From Oscillospiraceae bacterium (GTDB taxonomy: Bacteria > Bacteroidota > Bacteroidia > Bacteroidales > Bacteroidaceae): a DNA stretch of 51,308 bases. Where the stretch lies: assembly GCA_963654095.1 (NCBI GenBank), contig CAVKAH010000002.1, positions 1-51,308 on the forward strand, read 5' to 3'. Below, piece by piece: positions 1 through 8,980 of the stretch. The notes under the pieces were generated by a model. That model ran no database searches, had not been told where the DNA came from, and saw only the letters and a list, made by a program, of their open reading frames with translations. Numbering within the stretch: the first letter of the stretch is position 1; each line of letters starts with the position of its first letter. The translations under genes were made by a program, and so were the position numbers.

Positions 1-13
1 CTTTAATTGCCAT
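1..13 (-). CDS. 5' end of a probable next gene of the sugar-kinase operon (MAIK...), truncated by the window edge
   Basis: Minus-strand ATG at 13 reads ATG GCA ATT AAA, preceded by an AT-rich leader, in the same orientation as the upstream kinase. Only 4 codons are visible. Confidence 0.3.
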
Positions 14-70
14 AATATTTAATCATCGCAATATTTAATCCCCACAATATTGTTTCCTCTGTATCATAAA

Positions 71-196
71 CAAAGCAAACTCCATCCCCTCCCTTTGGGA
101 GGGTTAGGGTGGGTACCAAATGCAAAGCAAACTCCATCCCCTCCCTTTGGGAGGGTTAGGGTGGGTTCTAGGGTGGGTACCAGTGTGGGTTCTAGG
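71..196. repeat. Tandem REP-like GC-rich hairpin repeat: two exact 44-bp copies plus partial tail copies
   Basis: CAAAGCAAACTCCATCCCCTCCCTTTGGGAGGGTTAGGGTGGGT occurs at 71-114 and 123-166 (period 52). Each copy has a CCCTCCC-TTT-GGGAGGG hairpin. Fragments TAGGGTGGGTACCA (169-182) and GTGGGTTCTAGG (185-196) follow. Confidence 0.9.
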
Positions 197-201
197 CCGG
201 T

Positions 202-1680
202 TTATTTAATCAGTTGCTTAACTGCTTTGTGCCATCCCTCGATGTTCTTATTAATCCACGCCTCGTTATCTTGAGCTTCTATGCGCCATTTGCTATGTCT
301 AAGCTTCGCCACATCTTCAAAGCTATTCCAAACCTTGCGTGAAAGCCCGTTCATGACAACGGCTCCAAGGGCTGAAGCCTCCTCTACATCAGAGCGATTA
401 ACAGGTACTCTTAGGCAATCAGCCTGAAACTGCATAAGGAACTTGTTCTTTGTAGGGCCTCCGTCTACACGAATCTCCTTTAGATTAATGCCAGCTTTCG
501 TGGTCATAGCCTTTACAAGGTCGTTCACTTGATAGGCAATAGACTCAAGGGCAGCACGCAGGAAGTGGGCACGTGTAGTGGCGAAAGTCATTCCTGTTAC
601 GGCGGCTTTCACGTTGTCGTTCCACCAAGGAGCACCCAATCCAGCAAATGCAGGTACGAAATATACTCCACCATTGTCTTCTACCGACGTAGCCTCTGCT
701 TCCACATCGCCAGGCGAAGCAATCATCTTCAGTTGTTCTTGTAGCCATTTCAATGTTGCTCCCGTACTGTGGATATTACCCTCAAAAGCATAGAACACCT
801 TTCCTAAGGCAGCAAATCCGATAGACGTTACCAATCCTTCAGGAGCGACAGCCGCCTTCTCACCGATATTTACCATTACCGAAGAGCCAGTGCCGTATGT
901 AGCTTTTCCGAGTCCTTCCTCAAAGCACATCTGTCCTGTCAGTGCTCCGTGAGAGTCTCCGAGTACGCCAGCAATAGTGATAGGCTGGTCGAATACGCCC
1001 CCTACCGTTGTTTCACCGAACACGCCATCGCAAGGCAAAAGTTCTGGCATCATAGAGCGTGGAATGTCAAAGAGCTTGAGCAAGTCATCGTCCCATTGCA
1101 AGGTATGGATATTCATCAGCATGGTACGAGAAGCATTAGTATAGTCAGACACATGGCGTTTGCCGTCGGTTAGTTTCCATATCAGCCATGATTCCATTGT
1201 TCCCATCAGTAGCTCTCCTTGTTGTGCCTTCGTTCTTGCGCCTTCCACATTATCAAGGATCCACTTAGCTCCGCTTGCTGCAAAATAAGGGTCGATAAGT
1301 AGACCGCTCTTCTCCATGACCATCTTTCCATAGCCTTCAGCTTTTAGCTTGTTGCATATTTCAGCACCACGCATACATTGCCATACTACGGCATTGTACA
1401 CAGGCTTGCCCGTTGTCTTGTCCCAAACCACTACTGTCTCCCTTTGGTTCGTTATAGCCATAGAGTAGCAGGCATCCATATCAGCGTCTCGCATCAGTTC
1501 CTTGACAGCCATCAGCACATTGTTGTATATCTCTTCGGCATCATGTTCCACCCATCCTGCCTTAGGATAGTATTGATGATGTTCCACGTTTACACGCTGC
1601 AGCATCTCGCATTGCTCGTTGAAGAGCATAGCTTTTGTTGCCGAAGTGCTTTGGTCAATAGCTATTATATAGTTGTTCAT
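202..1680 (-). CDS. FGGY-family carbohydrate kinase, glycerol kinase-like; candidate D-apulose kinase
   Basis: 492 aa with AIDQSTSATK, ITNQRETVVVWD, TNASRT, TYGTG, VPAFAGLGAPWW and RVDGG motifs. It deviates from GlpK at conserved motifs (WQCMRG, GDSHGA). It lies directly after a split transketolase. Confidence 0.88.
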   Translation of the reverse strand: MNNYIIAIDQSTSATKAMLFNEQCEMLQRVNVEHHQYYPKAGWVEHDAEEIYNNVLMAVKELMRDADMDACYSMAITNQRETVVVWDKTTGKPVYNAVVWQCMRGAEICNKLKAEGYGKMVMEKSGLLIDPYFAASGAKWILDNVEGARTKAQQGELLMGTMESWLIWKLTDGKRHVSDYTNASRTMLMNIHTLQWDDDLLKLFDIPRSMMPELLPCDGVFGETTVGGVFDQPITIAGVLGDSHGALTGQMCFEEGLGKATYGTGSSVMVNIGEKAAVAPEGLVTSIGFAALGKVFYAFEGNIHSTGATLKWLQEQLKMIASPGDVEAEATSVEDNGGVYFVPAFAGLGAPWWNDNVKAAVTGMTFATTRAHFLRAALESIAYQVNDLVKAMTTKAGINLKEIRVDGGPTKNKFLMQFQADCLRVPVNRSDVEEASALGAVVMNGLSRKVWNSFEDVAKLRHSKWRIEAQDNEAWINKNIEGWHKAVKQLIK

Positions 1681-1741
1681 TCTGTATTATAGTATTAGGT
1701 GATAACAGGAAAGATTCCTGTATATCTTATTTAAGAATTAA

Positions 1742-1784
1742 GAGAATTAAAGGTTATGCTAAAATATGCATACCTTTAATTCTC
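1742..1784. other. Intra-operonic stem-loop between the transketolase C-terminal subunit and kinase genes
   Basis: GAGAATTAAAGGTTATGC (1742-1759) pairs with GCATACCTTTAATTCTC (1768-1784) with one bulge. Confidence 0.7.
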
Positions 1785-1801
1785 CTTTATTGCGAATAAT
1801 A

Positions 1802-2728
1802 TTATTTCTTCAAGAAGTCGAGCGCACTCTTCACGATACCTTCAGCATCCATTCCGTAGTGGTGGAAAATCTCTTTATTGTTTCCGTGTACTACGTTTTC
1901 ATCTGGTATACCTATAATACGTACAGGTACGGGGTTCTCTGAAAGCGTTTCTGTTACTATACCTCCCAGACCTCCAAACTGACTGTGCTCCTCAACGGTT
2001 ATAATTCTTCCAGTATCGGCAGCAGCTTTCTTTATAGCCTCTGCATCGTAAGGTTTCAGTGAAGACATATCAAGAACACGTGCGCTAATACCCTGTTCTT
2101 TCAGTTGCAAACCAGCCTGATAAGCATGGTAAACCGTTTCTCCGCATCCGATGATGGTAAGGTCTTTACCATCGAGAAGCATATTTGCCTTACCCAACTG
2201 GAAATCGAAATTGTCATTCTCGTATACATCAGGCACAGCGGCGCGACCTACACGTACATATACAGGATGAGGGAAATCAACGAGCAACTTTACAAGTTTG
2301 CGTGTCTGTCTTGCATCGCAAGGCAATACGATGTTCATGCCAGGAAATGTGCGCAAGGCAGCAATGTCATGCAGACTGTGGTGTGTTGCGCCGAGAGCAC
2401 CGTATGCTACGCCACCGCTTACTCCGAGAATCTTAACAGGGTTCTCACTGTAAGCCATGTCTACTTTTACTTGTTCAAGGCTTCGTGCCACATAGAAACA
2501 AGCCGGTCCGCATGCAAAAACCTTCTTTCCGCTATGAGCCAGACCTGCGGCAATGCCGACAGCATCTTGTTCTGCGATACCACATTCAACGAACTGCTCC
2601 GGCAGTTGGTCGGCAAAGTCGTTCAGTGTTACAGAACCACGTGCATCGGTTGTAACTGCAACAATATCCTTGTCCTGCTTTGCCAGTTCCAGCAAAGTGT
2701 CAGTAAAACTCTTTCTACAAGCTATCAT
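1802..2728 (-). CDS. Transketolase C-terminal subunit (pyrimidine-binding and C-terminal domains), AptB-like
   Basis: 308 aa with ECGIAEQ, RSLEQVK, GATHHSLHD, PVYVRVGR, SLKP and TVEEH...GGLG motifs. Confidence 0.92.
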   Translation of the reverse strand: MIACRKSFTDTLLELAKQDKDIVAVTTDARGSVTLNDFADQLPEQFVECGIAEQDAVGIAAGLAHSGKKVFACGPACFYVARSLEQVKVDMAYSENPVKILGVSGGVAYGALGATHHSLHDIAALRTFPGMNIVLPCDARQTRKLVKLLVDFPHPVYVRVGRAAVPDVYENDNFDFQLGKANMLLDGKDLTIIGCGETVYHAYQAGLQLKEQGISARVLDMSSLKPYDAEAIKKAAADTGRIITVEEHSQFGGLGGIVTETLSENPVPVRIIGIPDENVVHGNNKEIFHHYGMDAEGIVKSALDFLKK

Positions 2729-2744
2729 AGTTCAAAATGTGTGT

Positions 2745-3569
2745 TTAAAGGTTCTTTATTCTTTCGTCAATCTCTGCGAGAGCCTGTTTGTACTGCTCCT
2801 CGTTAGGCATGCCGTGATGCCACTTAGCAATGTTCTCCATATAAGATACGCCCTTGCCTTTAGTAGTGTTCGACACGAGCAGATGAGGCTTGCCGCAAGT
2901 ATAATCTATACTATCGATGGTCTTTACGATATCTTCCATATCGTCGCCGTTCATGATTTTCACATCCCATCCGAAGGCTGTCCAGCGTTCTTTAATGTTT
3001 TCCAGAGCCATCACATCCTCCGTGTTACCACTAATCTGCAGGTGGTTGCGGTCGATGATAGCCACGAGATTGTCGAGTTTATATTGGTTACCAGCCATAG
3101 CTGCTTCGTAGATAGAGCCTTCGCCTTGCTCACCGTCACCCATCATTACGAATGTCTTATAGCTTTTCTTATCCATCTTTGCGGCGATAGCCATACCTAC
3201 ACCTATAGGTAGTCCGTGTCCCAGTGCTCCAGTGTTAACCTCTATGCCAGACACTTCTATTGTAGGGTGTCCGCTGAGTATTGAACCATATTTTCCGAGC
3301 GTGTCTGTAATCTCTTTTTTCAGGAAACCTTTAGCCTCAAGAGTTACGTAGAGGGCTTCCACACAATGTCCTTTACTAAGGATGAAGCGGTCGCGCTCTG
3401 GGTTCTTAGGGTCTTTAGGGTCAACGTTAAGGTACTTGAAATAGAGAGCAGTCATGACGTTAAGGCATGACAAATCGCCACCGATATGTCCGGCACCAGC
3501 ATTGTAAACCACTTCGATAAGTCTTCTGCGGTCTACTTCAGCTTGTCTTGTAAGTTCTTTTATATTCAT
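2745..3569 (-). CDS. Transketolase N-terminal (TPP-binding) subunit, AptA-like
   Basis: 274 aa with GHIGGDLS, DRFILSKGH, SGHP, TGALGHG, the TPP motif GDGE...EG...DRN, and TTKGKGVS...WHH. It ends 16 bp before the C-terminal subunit gene. Confidence 0.93.
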   Translation of the reverse strand: MNIKELTRQAEVDRRRLIEVVYNAGAGHIGGDLSCLNVMTALYFKYLNVDPKDPKNPERDRFILSKGHCVEALYVTLEAKGFLKKEITDTLGKYGSILSGHPTIEVSGIEVNTGALGHGLPIGVGMAIAAKMDKKSYKTFVMMGDGEQGEGSIYEAAMAGNQYKLDNLVAIIDRNHLQISGNTEDVMALENIKERWTAFGWDVKIMNGDDMEDIVKTIDSIDYTCGKPHLLVSNTTKGKGVSYMENIAKWHHGMPNEEQYKQALAEIDERIKNL

Positions 3570-3645
3570 AGTGATAATACTTTGTTCTAAAAAAGATAAT
3601 AGATACGTTTATATATATATAATAACCTATACCTATATATTCGAC

Positions 3646-3681
3646 GCATACCACCATGTTTTGTAATACATGGTGGTATGC
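3646..3681. terminator. Perfect 14-bp inverted repeat downstream of the T9SS gene (terminator, stabiliser or operator)
   Basis: GCATACCACCATGT (3646-3659) and ACATGGTGGTATGC (3668-3681). No clear U-tract follows on the minus strand. Confidence 0.6.
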
Positions 3682-3727
3682 AAAATATAGAAAAACAGTT
3701 TTGTTTTCCCTTAAATAGAGCCTATTC

Positions 3728-6700
3728 TTATCTTACGTTCAGCTTGTATGTTGCCTTTTTGCCGTTTTTGTTTACGGTAAGGATATACACACCCTTAGCT
3801 AAGTCTGCGGTGCTGAAACCATTCTTTAGGTCGCTTCTTATGGCAAGTCCGTTTGCGCTTACGAGAGAAGCGTTGTCAAATGAACCATTGATACTGATTT
3901 CGTTGTTGTTCAATACAACATTCAGAGAGCCGTCGGCAAAGGTGTTGTCGATAGCAGATAGTGTGGCAGTGCATGGTTCAGATATTTCCGACACTCTGCC
4001 GTCGGCATAGAATGCTTGTACTGTGTATTTGGCGTTGGCATCGTCAGTAACATCTGTGAACGTAGGCTGTGCTGCGTAAACCGCAGTAGTGTTAACTTTC
4101 TCGCCGTTGCGATAAACGTTGTATGCCACAAGAGCGTTGTCGAGTTGTGGATTGTCTACGGTAGTGGCAGTCTCTGTTATATTGGCGCGGATAGGCCATA
4201 TACACATTCCTCTGCCGTCAGCATCATCTTTATTGAAATCGTTGATATTGTTCCATGTCTTTCCTTCATCCTCAGAGTAGAGGTCGGTAGTACCAGTAGC
4301 CGACTCCATGCTTGTCTGATAGTAGAGCGGTGTCTGCTTGCTGTCGTAGTCGTGGATACGTACTGCAATGCGGTAATTCTTACCTTCCTTTATCTGTACA
4401 GGAGTAGAGAGAGCCACGGTAGATGTGTATGGGTTGTCGGCAACATCTTTGTCGAAAGCCTGGCGACTAACCTCAATGCCGTCCTCATATACTATAGCTT
4501 CAGCCTGAGTCTTTTGTGCCGACTCCATAGATGGGTCATCATAGATGAACGAAGATACAGAAGAAATATACTGTCCAACATAATCGGCGAGCTTCTCTGC
4601 AGGCATATCAACGGCAGATATTAGTGATTGTCCTTCATTACCTACGTTGAATTCAGGAATAACATTAGAGTTTGTCAGATAGGAAACTTCGTATGCACCG
4701 AATGTATTCTTCCAAGAAACGTTCACAGTGTTACCATTCTTAATAGCCTTCACTCCTTCAGGAGCAGCAGAAAGTTCGGAGCCTATAGTAACGTAGTCTA
4801 TAGCCCAACGCAACTGTGCCTTACCTTCGCCGTGCATGTTAAATCTGAGTTGGAACGCCTTACCAGCCAGCTCGTCAAGGTCAATCTTATAGAAACTCCA
4901 TACGTAAGGTGTAACATCTTTTGCTGGAACACTCTTTACTATATTCCATGTTTCCCCGTCGTAAGAATATTCAATGTCAAGGAAATCGGAGTTGAGATCC
5001 TTAGGAACCTCGTTGATATATGTAAGGTTACCATATAGCGACAGGTAAGGTTTCTCCACGTTTGTTGCATCTAGGAAGCGGGAAGTGAGAATCATTTGTA
5101 CAGGCTCCTTAGAGATAGAAAGCGTAGAAGCGAAGTAGGATGAGTTCTCGTAGTCGTATGAGTTTCCGCCAGAAATGTTCCAGTTTATTACCTCGTTAAG
5201 GTTGCCTTTCACCACTTCACGTGTCCAATAGTTTGTGGTAAAACTCTGACTTTCGAAGTCCTCAGTAATAGGGAATGCGTAAGAAGCAGGTACTATGAAA
5301 GATGCTCCAGCGGAGACATCCGACAAAATCTGCTTGTCGCCCTTCATACACAAGGCTTTAACGTCTACCGAATATTTACCTTCAGAGACGTCGAAACTAT
5401 ATTTTGTAATGTTGTCTTTAGCATCAACAGCACCCATGTTAGTACCGTTTACGTAAACGAGATACTTGTTTAGCTCAACACCATCAGGTAGGTTCTTGAC
5501 AGCATCCCAGCTAATGGTGAGCTTGTTCATACCAGTTTGATATACTTTTACATTCTCTACGGCGTTGAGAACCGTCTCTCCGTTGTCGAACTTTAGATAC
5601 CAAGAGCTGTACGAACCATAATTATTGGTGTTGCCAACAAGGCTTTTTCCGTCAGCCGACAATGCAACTGGAATGCACGAATTGTCCACTTTAGTGTTTG
5701 TAAGCTCAGGTGCGTAGGTCTCCATAAAGTGGTCTATGCTGATGAGAGATGCACTTTCGGCAGAATAATAGTATGTCTTGTCTGCATAATTCTCGTTATC
5801 CGTAACGATGCAGAAGAAGTTTCCGAAGTTGTCTATAGTAAGTCCTTTCACTTGATAAGCATCAGTAATGGATACATATTTAGTCTGTTCTGACTGTATG
5901 TCATATATGGCAATACGTGGAGCTTTGCCACTGTTGACATATACCAAGGCATATTTTCCATCGGGACTAACGGCAGCAGCCTCACCGCCATAGCTCTCGC
6001 TTGGGTCGATGTCGAGGTTCATTTCCTTGCATTTATCTGCAGATGTCCATATCGCAGGACGCTTGCAACCATCGTATTGCACGTAGCCGACAGCCACTTT
6101 TCCGTCTGCCGACATGCCGTTAATACATGAAAGAGCATTTGTTACAGGTAAGGAATACTTATAGAAATCGTACTTGTCTGTAGTGGAATTGTATTTCCAT
6201 CCACAGGCAATAGACGGCATATAAACCTTGTAAATATATCCTGCCACGGTGTTGCCGTCGGCAGAAACGGATACGGCATAACTACCATCGTATTCATATT
6301 CAAAGTCGCTTATTGTCTGGTCGCCTATTCCTAGATATGTCGGAACACCATCTTTCCATACGGTTGCCGTAACGAAATATGTGGTGTAGGCATCATTCCA
6401 GTCGGTGGCAGGAGTATATTTGTAGAGGTCTTTACTCTTAGATGCTCCTGCAATGACACCACTATTGTTCACATAATTGAACATTCCGCCCTTGCTGAAG
6501 TCGTCATCATTGTAAGTTGTGGTTAGGACATTCTTCTTTGTAGTAGTATCCCAAAGGAAACTCGAGAATTTCCCATCGTCGCTTGTAGACCCTATTCCCA
6601 CTACGTAATTGCCGTTTGGCGAGATAGCTGTAGCTGCTCCAGACGAGATGTTTGCATATTCTGCCTTTGTGTCTTGAGCGGACACAGAGGTGGCTTGCAA

Positions 6701-6745
6701 TGTTATCATGCTGAACAAAGCTAATTGAAGTAGATTTTTTTTCAT
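3728..6745 (-). CDS. Large secreted T9SS cargo protein: N-terminal beta-propeller repeats, Fn3-like and adhesin-like domains, C-terminal sorting domain
   Basis: 1005 aa with a signal peptide (MKKNLLQLALFS...VSA-QD), repeated xSxDGxxxVG motifs, Fn3-like YLVYVNG and YNVYRNG strands, an FPITEDFES domain start, and a C-terminal KGVYIL...TYKLNVR T9SS signal. Confidence 0.85.
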   Translation of the reverse strand: MKKNLLQLALFSMITLQATSVSAQDTKAEYANISSGAATAISPNGNYVVGIGSTSDDGKFSSFLWDTTTKKNVLTTTYNDDDFSKGGMFNYVNNSGVIAGASKSKDLYKYTPATDWNDAYTTYFVTATVWKDGVPTYLGIGDQTISDFEYEYDGSYAVSVSADGNTVAGYIYKVYMPSIACGWKYNSTTDKYDFYKYSLPVTNALSCINGMSADGKVAVGYVQYDGCKRPAIWTSADKCKEMNLDIDPSESYGGEAAAVSPDGKYALVYVNSGKAPRIAIYDIQSEQTKYVSITDAYQVKGLTIDNFGNFFCIVTDNENYADKTYYYSAESASLISIDHFMETYAPELTNTKVDNSCIPVALSADGKSLVGNTNNYGSYSSWYLKFDNGETVLNAVENVKVYQTGMNKLTISWDAVKNLPDGVELNKYLVYVNGTNMGAVDAKDNITKYSFDVSEGKYSVDVKALCMKGDKQILSDVSAGASFIVPASYAFPITEDFESQSFTTNYWTREVVKGNLNEVINWNISGGNSYDYENSSYFASTLSISKEPVQMILTSRFLDATNVEKPYLSLYGNLTYINEVPKDLNSDFLDIEYSYDGETWNIVKSVPAKDVTPYVWSFYKIDLDELAGKAFQLRFNMHGEGKAQLRWAIDYVTIGSELSAAPEGVKAIKNGNTVNVSWKNTFGAYEVSYLTNSNVIPEFNVGNEGQSLISAVDMPAEKLADYVGQYISSVSSFIYDDPSMESAQKTQAEAIVYEDGIEVSRQAFDKDVADNPYTSTVALSTPVQIKEGKNYRIAVRIHDYDSKQTPLYYQTSMESATGTTDLYSEDEGKTWNNINDFNKDDADGRGMCIWPIRANITETATTVDNPQLDNALVAYNVYRNGEKVNTTAVYAAQPTFTDVTDDANAKYTVQAFYADGRVSEISEPCTATLSAIDNTFADGSLNVVLNNNEISINGSFDNASLVSANGLAIRSDLKNGFSTADLAKGVYILTVNKNGKKATYKLNVR

Positions 6746-6898
6746 GTTTGTATTTATTGTTAATAATATTTCGTGTTTATGTTAATCGTATAAATATGAA
6801 CGTTCGTAATAAGTATGCAATATTATAAAAAATATTTGTGATGGGCAAAAGGTAGGTGGAAATAGTAACCAAAAAATCATATTACAAAATATTTTGCT

Positions 6899-6906
6899 TA
6901 CATTTG
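6899..6906 (+). promoter_or_regulatory. Bacteroidota primary sigma -7 element
   Basis: TACATTTG matches TAnnTTTG, 20 bp upstream of the ATG at 6927. Confidence 0.65.
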
Positions 6907-6926
6907 CAAGCAGAAAGAAGCAAAAA

Positions 6927-7931
6927 ATGGAAAAAGAAAGAATACTTGTAACTGGGGCAACAGGCTTCATAGGTAGCTTTATCGTAGAGGAAGCTCTCGA
7001 TAGAGACATGGAGGTGTGGGCGGCAATAAGGCGCAGTAGCTCGCGAAAGTACCTGCAGCAACCAGGAATAAACTTCATAGAACTCGACCTTGATGATAAA
7101 GAGAAACTCAAAGTGCAGCTTTCGGGACACACATTCGACTATGTGGTACATGCTGCGGGGGTAACAAAATGTCTGAACAGACAGGATTTCTTTAAGACAA
7201 ACACCGAGGGAACGAAGCATCTTGTGGATGCTTTGAGAGAAACACAAATGTCGATAAAGAGATTTGTCTTTGTCAGTAGCTTGAGCATCCTTGGTGCTAT
7301 ACGTGAACAACAGCCGTATAAAGAGATAACAGACAGCGACACGCCACAGCCGAACACGGCATACGGCAAGAGCAAACTCATGGCGGAAGACTACCTACGC
7401 TCATTGTCAGACTTCCCCTTCGTAATTCTCAGACCGACGGGAGTGTATGGTCCGAGGGAGAAAGACTATTTCATGATGGCAGAGAGCATTAAGAAACACG
7501 TAGACTTTGCCGTTGGCTACAAGCGTCAAGATATCACATTTATATATGTAAAGGATGTGGTTCAGGCGGTCTTTCTTGCCCTTTCCCGAAGTGGCGTGTG
7601 TGGCAAGAGCTTTATCCTGAGTGATGGTGAGGTGTACTCATCACGCACCTTTAGCGATTTGATAAAGAAGGAACTCGGCATAAAACACGTGCTTCGCATC
7701 GTGGCTCCATTATGGTTTCTCAAGGTGGTGTCGGTAGTAGCAGAGGCTTTTGCACATCTTACGGGGAAGATTTCTGCATTGAACCGTGACAAATACTATA
7801 TCATGAAGCAGCGCAACTGGCGTTGCGACATAAGTGCTGCAAGGCAGGAATTGGGTTTCAACCCTGAGTATAACCTGGAGCGAGGAGTGAAGATAACAAT
7901 GAAATGGTATAAAGATGAAGGCTGGATTTAA
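6927..7931 (+). CDS. NAD(P)-dependent epimerase/dehydratase (extended SDR)
   Basis: Rossmann motif VTGATGFIG, HAAG, FVSS, catalytic YGKSK and RPTGVYGP. Start moved to the ATG at 6927 (MEKERIL). Confidence 0.9.
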   Translation: MEKERILVTGATGFIGSFIVEEALDRDMEVWAAIRRSSSRKYLQQPGINFIELDLDDKEKLKVQLSGHTFDYVVHAAGVTKCLNRQDFFKTNTEGTKHLVDALRETQMSIKRFVFVSSLSILGAIREQQPYKEITDSDTPQPNTAYGKSKLMAEDYLRSLSDFPFVILRPTGVYGPREKDYFMMAESIKKHVDFAVGYKRQDITFIYVKDVVQAVFLALSRSGVCGKSFILSDGEVYSSRTFSDLIKKELGIKHVLRIVAPLWFLKVVSVVAEAFAHLTGKISALNRDKYYIMKQRNWRCDISAARQELGFNPEYNLERGVKITMKWYKDEGWI

Positions 7932-8901
7932 TATTAAAGACTTGTTCAAGATAGAGGCAAAGCCACAGCGCGGACTATTTGCCATGGAGTGGGTGATGCT
8001 TGTTTACCTGATGCTAACTATGCTCATGGTGTTCTTTATGTATACAAAAGTGGTGAACCCAGAGGCAATGGTGTGGGGAAGAGTGCGTATCGCTGTAGTA
8101 ACGTTTGCTATGTGGGGAGTATACAGAATGGTACCCTGCCGCTTCACGAAGTTTGCTCGTATCACTGTGCAGATGGCACTTTTGAGCTGGTGGTACCCCG
8201 ACACCTATGAGCTAAACCGTATGCTTCCCAACCTCGATCACCTATTTGCGGGGGTAGAACAAAGTGTGTTTGGCTGTCAGCCAGCACTATATTTCGCTCA
8301 GAAATTCTCATATCCTGTGGTCAGCGAACTTATGGATATGGGGTACGCTTCGTACTATCCAATGATAGTGCTTGCCGCAATATATTATTTCGTGTGGAGG
8401 TATTCTGAATATGAGCGGGCTGCATTTGTCATCATGGCATCGTTCTTTGCGTATTACGTGATCTTTGTTCTTGTTCCTGTTACAGGCCCTACTTTCTATT
8501 ATAAAGCAGTAGGCATAGACCAGATAGCGGCAGGAGTTTTCCCCAATCTGCACGACTATTTCAATTCCCATACAGAGTGTTTGCCCAGTCCAGGATATAC
8601 CGATGGCATCTTCTATCAGCTTGTAGAAGATGCAAAGGCAGCAGGCGAACGCCCCACGGCAGCCTTTCCGAGCAGTCATGTAGGTATAAGTACGGTGATA
8701 ATGTTGTTGGTTTGGCACACACGTAATAGGCGTCTTCTCTATTGTATGTTGCCGTTCTATGTGTTCCTATGTATGGCAACGGTGTACATACAGGCACACT
8801 ATGCCATTGATGCAGTGGCAGGACTCGTTTCGGGAACGGTATTCTATTTCCTGTTTATGTTCCTGTCAAGAGGAATGGTGGAACGGTCAAGAAGGAGATA
8901 A
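7915..8901 (+). CDS. PAP2-superfamily membrane protein, AUR1/IPC-synthase-like
   Basis: 328 aa with several TM segments, AAFPSSHV and QAHYAIDAVAG (His/His/Asp triad), and PVTGP where the phosphatase KxxxxxxRP motif would be. It overlaps the SDR gene by 17 bp. Confidence 0.82.
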   Translation: MKAGFNIKDLFKIEAKPQRGLFAMEWVMLVYLMLTMLMVFFMYTKVVNPEAMVWGRVRIAVVTFAMWGVYRMVPCRFTKFARITVQMALLSWWYPDTYELNRMLPNLDHLFAGVEQSVFGCQPALYFAQKFSYPVVSELMDMGYASYYPMIVLAAIYYFVWRYSEYERAAFVIMASFFAYYVIFVLVPVTGPTFYYKAVGIDQIAAGVFPNLHDYFNSHTECLPSPGYTDGIFYQLVEDAKAAGERPTAAFPSSHVGISTVIMLLVWHTRNRRLLYCMLPFYVFLCMATVYIQAHYAIDAVAGLVSGTVFYFLFMFLSRGMVERSRRR

Positions 8902-8921
8902 CCTCATACTTTAAGATTAAT

Positions 8922-8980
8922 AAGGATATAGCTAACGATGCGTCAGAGTATAGATAACGCTTCGTTAGCTATATCTTTTT
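8922..8980 (+). terminator. Rho-independent terminator of the SDR-PAP2 operon
   Basis: GATATAGCTAACGA (8925-8938) pairs with TCGTTAGCTATATC (8962-8975), followed by TTTTT. Confidence 0.8.

Noticed and set aside
71..166. CRISPR array, or a real protein from ORF 50..274
   Set aside because: There are two copies with an 8-bp gap. The ORF is just the translated repeat and overlaps the kinase gene antisense.
2105..3212. Long plus-strand ORFs 2105..2806 and 2553..3212, and similar antisense ORFs such as 4016..4624, 26024..26599 and 35831..36358
   Set aside because: They are shadows of well-supported genes on the opposite strand, with no motifs and atypical composition.
3728..6745. Diversity-generating retroelement target or phase-variable invertible locus
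   Set aside because: No reverse transcriptase, template/variable repeat pair or promoter-flanking inverted repeats were seen.
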